A stretch of 64,000 nt of DNA, from positions 32,001 to 96,000 of the forward strand of contig JAZKFH010000010.1 in assembly GCA_040386535.1 (NCBI GenBank). Direction: 5' to 3'. Position numbers and translations under genes: made by a program. The notes beneath the pieces were generated by a model. It was not told the origin of the DNA and ran no database searches. It saw only the letters and a program-made list of their open reading frames with translations. This DNA comes from Myxococcota bacterium (GTDB taxonomy: Bacteria; Myxococcota_A; UBA796; SXON01). Below, piece by piece: positions 48,639 through 58,627 of this stretch (positions within the stretch are counted from its first letter, which is position 1; every line of letters begins with the position of its first letter).

Positions 48639-50422
48639 TGCAAGCCCTCGTCCTCCTCGCGGGGCTGCTCCAGTCCGCGTCCGCCGCCGCCCCCGCCGTC
48701 CCGGCGCGCGAGATCCCTCCGGGCGTGCTCGTCGAGCTCCAGCTCCTCGAGAACCGCTTCGAGCTGGCCCTCGCCGCCGATTGTCCTGACGGGCTCTGTT
48801 ATTCGAATGGCTGCGTCTGGCTCGATCATGCCGTCGCCGATCAGCCGCGATCCAGCTCGATGCCCGGGCTCGGCGCGGAGGCGGGGCCCAGCGCGGTCTC
48901 CGGTCAGCAATACCTCACCCGGGCGCAGTGCTCGTTCGCGCACGAGGCGACGCTGGAGAGCGCCAACGCCCAGGTGCTGGTGCGCCGGCTCCAGACCCGG
49001 CTCACCCAGGGGTGGACCGTCGTGGCCGTGGATCACGCGGTGCTCCAGCCGCTGCTGCCGCCGACGCCCGTCGAGCCCGAGCTCGAGGAGGTGCCGGAGG
49101 TCGTGCCGCCCGTGCCGGCAGCGCCAGAGGTCTGGACCCTGGCGGACGCGGGGCGCGAGCTGTGGACCGCCCTGCTCCCCCACTTCTTCTGGATGATCGG
49201 CGCGGTGCTCGCCACCGTCGCCGCGACCACGTTGATCTGGGCGTGGCGCCGAGTCGGGCGGGCCTCGGTCGAGGAGCAGGCGCTCCTGGCCCAGCTGTCC
49301 CAGCCCGAGCCCGTCGTCGTGGCAGAGGCGCCAGCGGTCGAGGAGGGCGCGCCTTCCGAGGCCGACCAGACCTTCGTGGCGGCGCAAGCGGCGAGCTGGA
49401 AGGCCACGCTCGAAGCCATGGACCCCGAGCACCCGGACCCCGAGCTCCAGGCGCTCGTCCGCGAGCGGCTCCGCGCGGGTGACCTTCGGCTCCTCGCCAA
49501 GGCGGTGCTCCGCTTCCCCGACCACTTCCCCGCCATCTTCCCGCACGACGGCGAGACCGCCACGGCCAAGCTCGAGCTCGCCGAGCTCCTTCAGACCGTG
49601 CGTGACGACGCCCTGCCCGGGGATCTCGAGTTCTTCACCTCGCTGCAGCGCCACGCCCTCGCCGCGACCCTCTCGTCCCAGCCAGACGCCCGCATCGTGC
49701 GCAGCCTGCGCGAGGACTTCGGCGCCGCCGGCCTCGTAGACCTCATCGGGCAGCTGCCCGCGCGCATCGGCGCCCTGCTGTTCGCCCTCTCCCCCGCCGT
49801 GGAGCAGGCCGAGATGGTCCGGCTGCTCCCCGCGACCCGGGCCGCCGAGCTCTGCCGCCAGCTCCTCCGCTCCAACCGGATGGATCCCAACGAGACCCGC
49901 GCGGTCTTCGAGGTGCTCCGCGGGGCGAAGGAGTCGGCCGCGCTCACGACGCTGCCCCCGGGCGAGATCACCGATCGGGGCGTCACCTTCGACGCCGCGG
50001 GCGCGCTCGCCGCGCTGCTGCCGAGCCTGGCCCCGCACGTCCGCGCCGCCATCTTCGACGACGCGCTCCTCCGCACGCACGGGAACCTCCCCGCCTGGAC
50101 CCGCGGCATCCTCACCCCCGACATGCTCTTCGCGCTGCAGCCCGAGTCCCGCGCGGATCTGTTGCTCGAGGTCGACGCCGAGCCGCTCGCGGCGTGGTTC
50201 TCGCTGGTCGACGCGGACATGCGGACGCGCCTGCTCGCCGGCATGCCCGACTCCTTGCGCGCCACGATCCAGGCGCCCAGCGGCTTCCCCTCGCGCGAGC
50301 GTCAGCTTTTCCTGGCGGGCCGCGGCCGGCGGGATCTCGCCCGCAGCTTCCAGCGTCAGCTCTCCCGCGCCCGGATCCCCTTCGAGCGCGCGCTCCGTCC
50401 CGACGACGAGGCGCAGGCGTGA
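48638..50422 (+). CDS. Membrane-anchored FliG-like rotor protein (signal peptide, periplasmic domain, Pro-rich linker, TM, FliG middle and C-terminal domain-like)
   Basis: ATG 48638 (TGATG overlap with motB). TM FFWMIGAVLATVAATTLIWAW. LVDLIGQLPARIGALLFALSP...LLP...RMDP aligns by eye with FliG_M. GILTPDMLFAL...LLLEVDAEPLAAW...RTRLLAGMP aligns with FliG_C. Confidence 0.7.
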   Translation: MQALVLLAGLLQSASAAAPAVPAREIPPGVLVELQLLENRFELALAADCPDGLCYSNGCVWLDHAVADQPRSSSMPGLGAEAGPSAVSGQQYLTRAQCSFAHEATLESANAQVLVRRLQTRLTQGWTVVAVDHAVLQPLLPPTPVEPELEEVPEVVPPVPAAPEVWTLADAGRELWTALLPHFFWMIGAVLATVAATTLIWAWRRVGRASVEEQALLAQLSQPEPVVVAEAPAVEEGAPSEADQTFVAAQAASWKATLEAMDPEHPDPELQALVRERLRAGDLRLLAKAVLRFPDHFPAIFPHDGETATAKLELAELLQTVRDDALPGDLEFFTSLQRHALAATLSSQPDARIVRSLREDFGAAGLVDLIGQLPARIGALLFALSPAVEQAEMVRLLPATRAAELCRQLLRSNRMDPNETRAVFEVLRGAKESAALTTLPPGEITDRGVTFDAAGALAALLPSLAPHVRAAIFDDALLRTHGNLPAWTRGILTPDMLFALQPESRADLLLEVDAEPLAAWFSLVDADMRTRLLAGMPDSLRATIQAPSGFPSRERQLFLAGRGRRDLARSFQRQLSRARIPFERALRPDDEAQA

Positions 50423-52524
50423 GGCTGGGGGCCAACAGCGGGATGCCGAGCGCGCGCCGCGCTGCTGTCGCCACCGTGTTCGCGCTGGCGGCCTCCCTGA
50501 CCGCCTCGGGGTGCAGCAAGGTCCCCATCTACAACGTCGCGGCGGGCTTCGTCCTGGCCGATGTCTCGTGGTTCGCCGAGGAGGAGACCCTCTTCGCCTT
50601 CTACGAGGTCACCGCCGAGCAGGGCCTGGGCGACCCGAGCGTCATCGAGATCACGTACGCGACGGACGACGAGCGCGTGGACTGGACGCCGCTCACCGAG
50701 CTCCCGGCCGTCCACATCCACGAGCCGGTCGACTGCGGCACCACGAGCCTGTGCGGCAGCTACAGCCTGCACGTGGAGAAGGAGCCCCGCGAGGTCGCGC
50801 TGCGGCTGCGCTACCACCGCGACGGCGAGATGGCGCTCGGCGCGGACACGGTGTTCAACGTGATCGGCGCCGGCGATCCGTGGACCAACCGGAGCTACCT
50901 CGTCTACGGCGTGTTCGACGCGACCAACCAGCGGGTGCAGTGGCGCGGGCGACACCGCTTCCCGACGCTGCGCAACGAGCAGGCTTCGGAGCTGGGGCTG
51001 CGCCGCTCGCTCGTCGTCACCGACCCGACGTACGGCTCGGATCTCCTCGTCTCGCCCGCCAACCCCTACGGCTACGGCGCGGACTGCCCGGGCTCCTTCA
51101 TGCCGGCGGGGCTCTCCGAGGTGGAGACCGTGGAGCGCGCGGTGTTCGCCCACGAGGATCTGCCGCTGGCCGCGTCGAACGCCTCGGCCGTGTGTGCCCA
51201 GGCCACGGTGACCGACGCCACGGGCACGTTCACCACGGGCGCGATCGCGCAGAAGAACCCCGAGGTGCGCCCGGCCTTTCCGGAGCTGCGGAGCCCGATC
51301 CACGACGCCACGGTCCTGCCGTTCTTCCTCGAACCCTGTGACCGGGTGATCTCCGCCGACCACGAGGAGATGCAGCGGCAACGCCTCCAGATCGGCAGCC
51401 TGCGCTCGTACTGTACCGACGACTGGGACTCGCCCGGCTTCGCGGAAGGGCTGGCGGCGGCGTTCAGCGACGCGGTCGAGGCCGCGCGGCCCGCCGGCAA
51501 CGACATGCTCCTCGTGATCGGCCTCCACCAGGACGAGGAGGGCGTCGCCGCCGTGCTGGAAGAGGCCCTCGCCCTGGTCGTCCCCGAGGAGCGCCTCCAG
51601 CCCTCGCCCCGGCTCGCCGGCGCCTTCGTGCTCGACAGCGACGGGGACGGGATGACGAGCGCGGCGCTCGAGGCCTCGACGTTGTGGTGCCCCACCACCT
51701 TGTCCCCCACCGACACGGACCTCCCGTCCGCCGCGAACATGACGTGCGCGATCGCGCCGGACAACCCCGATCTCGTGCTCGGCCCCTTCAGCTTCGGCGC
51801 CCTGCCCATCTTGACGTCGCGGGCGCACTACCTCGAATTCATCGACACCTACTCCAAGGCGCAGGCGGGCGAGGTCACGTCGCTGAGCTTCCGCACCCCG
51901 GAGTTCGCCACCACGGCGGACCACGTCGATGTCGGCGACTTTGGCGTCGCGACGTTCCTGAACGACGAGCTGGTCAGCGCCGAGCCCGACGACGCGTTCT
52001 CGCACTGTGTCACGGACGAGCCGTACCTCTTCGTGTTCCGGTCGGAGATCATGCAGAGCGAGGCCTTCGCCGGGCTGCTCGCGCGCAACTGCGCGGACGG
52101 CACGTTCTCCGCGGAGCTCTGCGCCTACGGCGGGCTCGGCCTGTTGCCCATCGAGCTCCTGCCCGATTGGCACCAGTTCTTCGCCGAGACCAGCTACGAG
52201 CTCGGGTTGTTCTGGGACTTCCCCTTCCTGCTCCACCTGGAGTACGAGACCCAGGCGGCCGGCTCGGTGACCGCCTTCGGCCTGTCCGTCCCGTTCGGCT
52301 TCGCCGGGACCGGGGAGTCCTACCTGGCCAGCGCGATGTGGACGACAGACAGCTTCCCGCTGGAGGACGCGCTCGCCCAGTGCACCCGCTTCTGCGACCA
52401 CCCCACGTTCGACTCGGCCGGCGTGTACCAGGTCTCCGCCCTGTTCCGGAGCTCCTACGCGCACAGCTGCTACCTCCCGGAGTACCCCGCGCTCGGAGAC
52501 TCGGGGTTCCCCCTTGATCCCTAG
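50419..52524 (+). CDS. Large Cys-rich lipoprotein of unknown function (motor operon gene 9)
   Basis: GTG 50419 or ATG 50443, lipobox ASGC, 14 further Cys. Confidence 0.8.
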   Translation: MRLGANSGMPSARRAAVATVFALAASLTASGCSKVPIYNVAAGFVLADVSWFAEEETLFAFYEVTAEQGLGDPSVIEITYATDDERVDWTPLTELPAVHIHEPVDCGTTSLCGSYSLHVEKEPREVALRLRYHRDGEMALGADTVFNVIGAGDPWTNRSYLVYGVFDATNQRVQWRGRHRFPTLRNEQASELGLRRSLVVTDPTYGSDLLVSPANPYGYGADCPGSFMPAGLSEVETVERAVFAHEDLPLAASNASAVCAQATVTDATGTFTTGAIAQKNPEVRPAFPELRSPIHDATVLPFFLEPCDRVISADHEEMQRQRLQIGSLRSYCTDDWDSPGFAEGLAAAFSDAVEAARPAGNDMLLVIGLHQDEEGVAAVLEEALALVVPEERLQPSPRLAGAFVLDSDGDGMTSAALEASTLWCPTTLSPTDTDLPSAANMTCAIAPDNPDLVLGPFSFGALPILTSRAHYLEFIDTYSKAQAGEVTSLSFRTPEFATTADHVDVGDFGVATFLNDELVSAEPDDAFSHCVTDEPYLFVFRSEIMQSEAFAGLLARNCADGTFSAELCAYGGLGLLPIELLPDWHQFFAETSYELGLFWDFPFLLHLEYETQAAGSVTAFGLSVPFGFAGTGESYLASAMWTTDSFPLEDALAQCTRFCDHPTFDSAGVYQVSALFRSSYAHSCYLPEYPALGDSGFPLDP

Positions 52525-53317
52525 CGCATTCCTCTGGCTCGTCGTGACGCACGTGTCACCGGCCCTCGCTGCCGAGGCCGGTAGCGAGGCCGCGCCCGAC
52601 GGCGCCGTCGACGATCCGCTCGCCCGCCATCGTGTGCCCTTCCCCGAGCTCGCGGAGCGGACGATCGGCACCGCGTCGCAGCCCGTGGAGTTCAACTGGC
52701 GGCGGTCCAAGGCCCAGGGGGCGGTCACCGGGTCCCAGCTGTTCGAGCTGAACAACTTCAACAGCGTCCGCGTGGGCGGGCTGGCCCGCTTTCCCACGGG
52801 GAACCTCATCGCCGAGCTCGGCGCCAGCTACGTCCGCACCTGGGACACGCCCGCCAGCGAGATCCTCGCGCTCACGCCGTACCGCCAGCCGGGGCGCCCC
52901 GATCGGATGGAGATCGACATCAACGTCGGGATCCCGCTCGCCGAGGGCGTCGTGACCTTCGCCCCGCGGTTCCTGCCGCCCGTGCAGCTGGTCCTCAACG
53001 GCTACGTCGGCTTCCGGTACCTGCTCTACCCCGACGGGTTCGCCGGCATGAAGGCCGGAAAGGTGTTCACCGCGGTCCTCTCCCCTTCCCTCACGCAGCC
53101 GGAAATCGACAACCTCGACGATCGCCGCCTCGACGGCATGCAGGTCGACTCGGGGCGCTACGGGCTGATGATCGGCCTGGGGAACGATCTCTACTTCAAG
53201 CAGGGCTTCTTCCTCTCCCCCCGGGTGTCGTTCGCGCTCCCCATCCTGGCGCCCGTCAGCGGGACCGATCTGCTCCTCTGGGGGGACTTCTCCCTCGCCA
53301 TCGGCGTGGCCCGCTGA
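52514..53317 (+). CDS. Putative small outer-membrane beta-barrel protein (motor operon gene 10)
   Basis: Signal peptide ending ALA, amphipathic strands, C-terminal LLLWGDFSLAIGVAR. Confidence 0.65.
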   Translation: MIPSAFLWLVVTHVSPALAAEAGSEAAPDGAVDDPLARHRVPFPELAERTIGTASQPVEFNWRRSKAQGAVTGSQLFELNNFNSVRVGGLARFPTGNLIAELGASYVRTWDTPASEILALTPYRQPGRPDRMEIDINVGIPLAEGVVTFAPRFLPPVQLVLNGYVGFRYLLYPDGFAGMKAGKVFTAVLSPSLTQPEIDNLDDRRLDGMQVDSGRYGLMIGLGNDLYFKQGFFLSPRVSFALPILAPVSGTDLLLWGDFSLAIGVAR

Positions 53318-55254
53318 TGGTGTGGCTCGCGCTCCTCGGTCTGTTCGCCGGAACCACGGCCGCCGAGCCCGCGCCGCAGCCCTTGCCGGAGCCGTCCGGA
53401 GAGACGGTGGTCTACTACAACGCCCGGATGGCCCTGCGCGAAGGCCACGCGCTCGAGGCCGTCGAGCTCTGGTTCCTGCGGAACGCGCTGGAGAATCAGA
53501 GCGGCCGGGTCTCTCCACACGACGCGGACTTCCGCTCCGTGACCTGGGCCGCGCTCGGCGAACTGGGCCTCTGCCAGGACGGCTACGCCAAGGACGTGGA
53601 CGGCGCGGGCTTGTGGCCGCTCGCGTTGCACAACCAGGTGCTGCGGAACCTCGGGCGGGGCAAGCCCCCACGCCCGCAGCGGCCCTTCCTCGCCTTCGAG
53701 GTGGATCGCCAGCAGCGCTTCGTTTCCATCACCGATGTGCTCGGCTCCAAGGAGCTGGACACGCTGAAGCTGTCGCGAAGCCGATGCACACGCCCGTGGC
53801 TGGCGAAGCTCGCGGCGGGCGAGTCCGTGATCGCGAAGCTCTCCGATCGGCAGGTCGCGACGCGCCTGCTGCGGCACCTCCTGACGACGGCGCGGACCAC
53901 GCTGGCCGAGGGGCGTGTTCGTGGCCTCGCCGTGCTCGACGCGCGGCTGTTCGACATCGATCTGCAGCTGACCGCGCTGGCCGCCCGGGAGGCGCGGGAC
54001 GACGCCCGCAAGGCGACGCGCCGCGGCCGGGAGCTGGGCCTGTCGCGCGCGTCGGCCACGGCGATGCTCGCGGAGGCGCCGACGACCACGCTGGACCCGG
54101 ACTCCGCGGCCGCGGCCGTGCTGCGCGCGTGTGTGGCCTGGCCGACCTCGGAGTGGATGGCGCTCTCCCCTGACCGCCGGCTCTACCTCTTCACGCGCGC
54201 GCGCACCGACGGAGCCTCTCCGGAGGCGTCGGCGGAGGCCTTCGAGAAGCTGGGTCTCGGGATCGTAGACGCGCTGATCGCCGCCGGTGAGGGCGGGGCG
54301 GCCGAGGCGTGGATCGGCGCGGTCGCCGCCAGCGACGATCCGGCCAGGCGGCGCGTGGCCTGGGACGGCGCCCGAGGACAGGCCCTGCTGGCGCTCGACA
54401 GCGACGCCGGCTTTCGCGAGCGCGGCGTGATCGCGCTCCACCGCGGGGTCGACCAGCTCGCGCGGGGGGAGCTGATGGACGCGCTGCGCTCGCTCGCCTT
54501 CGCCCGGCAGCACGCCGACGAGTCCCGGACCGGGGGTGACCTCGCGGGCCTGAGCCTGCGCTGGTTGTCCTACGTCGCGGGGCAATTCGCCCTGAGCTCC
54601 GAGCTCCTCGTCACCCTGCAGGAGCTGGTGCCGCGCCAGGACTACGCCGTCATCCTCGAAGATCTCCTGTGGAGCGCGGCCTTCCACGCCGACCGGCGCT
54701 CGTTCGAGGACGGTCTCGCCAACCAGGTGGGGCGCGGCGCGCTCGAACGGCGGCTCGCGCTCCTGGCCCCGCTGGCCGCTGGCGATCTACGCCGGTTCTC
54801 CGCCGGTATTCGGGCCGGCCTCACCGAGTCGCCGGGCGAGACGCTGCGGTTCCTCGACCTGTTCGTGCAGCGCCTCGAGCTCGAAGACGCGGGCGTACGT
54901 GCCGCGCAGCTCCCGACCCTCGTCGCCATCCGGCAGCTCCTCGCGCCCCTCGAGACGGGCGAGGGAGGCCGACAGGGCCGGACCGCCGCGCTCCTGATGG
55001 AGCGGACCCTGGCCATCGCCGGCGGCGTCGGCGGCCTGCCCGAGTCCAGCGAGCGCGACCGGGCGCGGTCGTTGGCGCCCACCGGCGAGGTCTTCGCGGG
55101 CAGCATCCGCCTCGCCCCCGCGGATCCCCTCCCCTGGCCCTTCCGCGCGCCCGAGCCCAGCGCCCCGTCGGTGTTCGTGCCGATCGAGCTCCGACCGCTG
55201 GAGTGGCGCGACGCCGCGGGCGAGCTGGTGTTCGGCTGGAGCATCCGGGGGTGA
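53317..55254 (+). CDS. Exported alpha-helical/TPR-like protein (motor operon gene 11)
   Basis: TGATG overlap, signal peptide, Ala/Leu/Arg-rich helical repeats. Confidence 0.78.
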   Translation: MVWLALLGLFAGTTAAEPAPQPLPEPSGETVVYYNARMALREGHALEAVELWFLRNALENQSGRVSPHDADFRSVTWAALGELGLCQDGYAKDVDGAGLWPLALHNQVLRNLGRGKPPRPQRPFLAFEVDRQQRFVSITDVLGSKELDTLKLSRSRCTRPWLAKLAAGESVIAKLSDRQVATRLLRHLLTTARTTLAEGRVRGLAVLDARLFDIDLQLTALAAREARDDARKATRRGRELGLSRASATAMLAEAPTTTLDPDSAAAAVLRACVAWPTSEWMALSPDRRLYLFTRARTDGASPEASAEAFEKLGLGIVDALIAAGEGGAAEAWIGAVAASDDPARRRVAWDGARGQALLALDSDAGFRERGVIALHRGVDQLARGELMDALRSLAFARQHADESRTGGDLAGLSLRWLSYVAGQFALSSELLVTLQELVPRQDYAVILEDLLWSAAFHADRRSFEDGLANQVGRGALERRLALLAPLAAGDLRRFSAGIRAGLTESPGETLRFLDLFVQRLELEDAGVRAAQLPTLVAIRQLLAPLETGEGGRQGRTAALLMERTLAIAGGVGGLPESSERDRARSLAPTGEVFAGSIRLAPADPLPWPFRAPEPSAPSVFVPIELRPLEWRDAAGELVFGWSIRG

Positions 55255-55835
55255 AGACGACTCGTTCCCAGGCGCTCCTCGCGCGGCGGCAGGAGCTTCG
55301 CGCGAAGATCGCCCGGAGCCGGCGGTCCGTCGCGACCGACAAGCGTGATCGACCGCTGCGGTGGCCGCTCCTCCTGCTTCTCCTGCTCCTCCTCCTCCTG
55401 GTGTGCACCCGCCCGCCGCCCCCGCCCGAGGCCGCGCCCCTCGCCGCCCCCGCGGCCGCCACGCCCGCACCCGCCGCGCCCGCGCTGCCGACCGGCCGGG
55501 TCGCACGGAGGGACCGCCCCCGCTTCGAGAGCCCGGCCCCCGAGCCCTTGCCCTGGCTCTCCTCCTTCCGCCTCCAGGTGGCCGCGCGCAGCCCACGCCT
55601 CGCCGAGTGTTTCGCGGGCGCCCCCCGCCCCGGCGCGCTCAAGTGGACCGCCGCGGTCGAGCCGCTTCACGGGCGCGTCTCGCAGCACACGGTCGAGCCC
55701 ACACTCTCCAGCGACGAGCTTAGCGGAACCCAGCGCGCGTGTGTGTTGGCGGTGCTGACGGAGCCGCCCTACCGGCTCGAAGCGGGCAAGTCGCCGTCCA
55801 CACCGTCGCGGGTCGGGATGGTGATCGAGTTCTGA
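55251..55835 (+). CDS. TonB/AgmX(GltJ)/GltG-like protein: basic N-terminus, TM, Pro-rich linker, TonB_C-like domain (motor operon gene 12)
   Basis: GTG 55251, poly-Leu TM, PPPPPEAAP linker, LAECF...GALKWTAAVEP..GRVS..TV...L...QRACVLAVL...Y...RVGMVIEF. Confidence 0.68.
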   Translation: MKTTRSQALLARRQELRAKIARSRRSVATDKRDRPLRWPLLLLLLLLLLLVCTRPPPPPEAAPLAAPAAATPAPAAPALPTGRVARRDRPRFESPAPEPLPWLSSFRLQVAARSPRLAECFAGAPRPGALKWTAAVEPLHGRVSQHTVEPTLSSDELSGTQRACVLAVLTEPPYRLEAGKSPSTPSRVGMVIEF

Positions 55836-55842
55836 GCCTCGT

Positions 55843-56026
55843 CTACCGAGGAGCCGGCCCGCACGTCCGCCGGTCGACACAGTACGGTCGGCAGCTGAAC
55901 GCCACCTCGACCTCGTCCTCCCCACAATTCGGCGTCATGTGCGAGTCGCAGACGATGCCGCCGTCCCACGGTACGGTGCGCCACGCACGGGGCCGCGGAC
56001 GCCACGGCAGCGAGCAAGCTGAGCAT
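55843..56026 (-). pseudogene. Small secreted six-Cys peptide gene interrupted by a +1 frameshift (or sequencing indel)
   Basis: GGAGG SD, then MLSLLAAVASAAPCVA. After a 1-nt shift near 55978 it reads TVPWDGGIVCDSHMTPNCGEDEVEVAFSCRPYCVDRRTCGPAPR-TAG. The span is 184 nt = 61 codons + 1. Confidence 0.5.
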
Positions 56027-56090
56027 CAGCGGACCTCCGGCTCCAAACGGCGCCGCGAACCGTAGCTTACGGGGGGAAACGCGGACGCGC

Positions 56091-58484
<2,394 letters not shown>

Positions 58485-58627
58485 GGTTCGCGATCCTGTC
58501 ATCGGGTGCGGGAGTGTCACGCGGCCCGCCGGGGGTGGCAAGGGTCGGCGGGAGGCCGGCTCGACCCCCTCGTTGGACTCCCGGGGCCGGGTGTGGCAAC
58601 TTTCGCGCTCGCCAGGGAGGGCGGCAC

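Noticed and set aside
47280..50422. Ordinary flagellar mot/fli gene cluster
   Set aside because: No flg/flh/fli structural or export genes are in the window, and the FliG-like domain is fused to a signal peptide and TM. Flagellar genes elsewhere in the genome cannot be excluded from this window.
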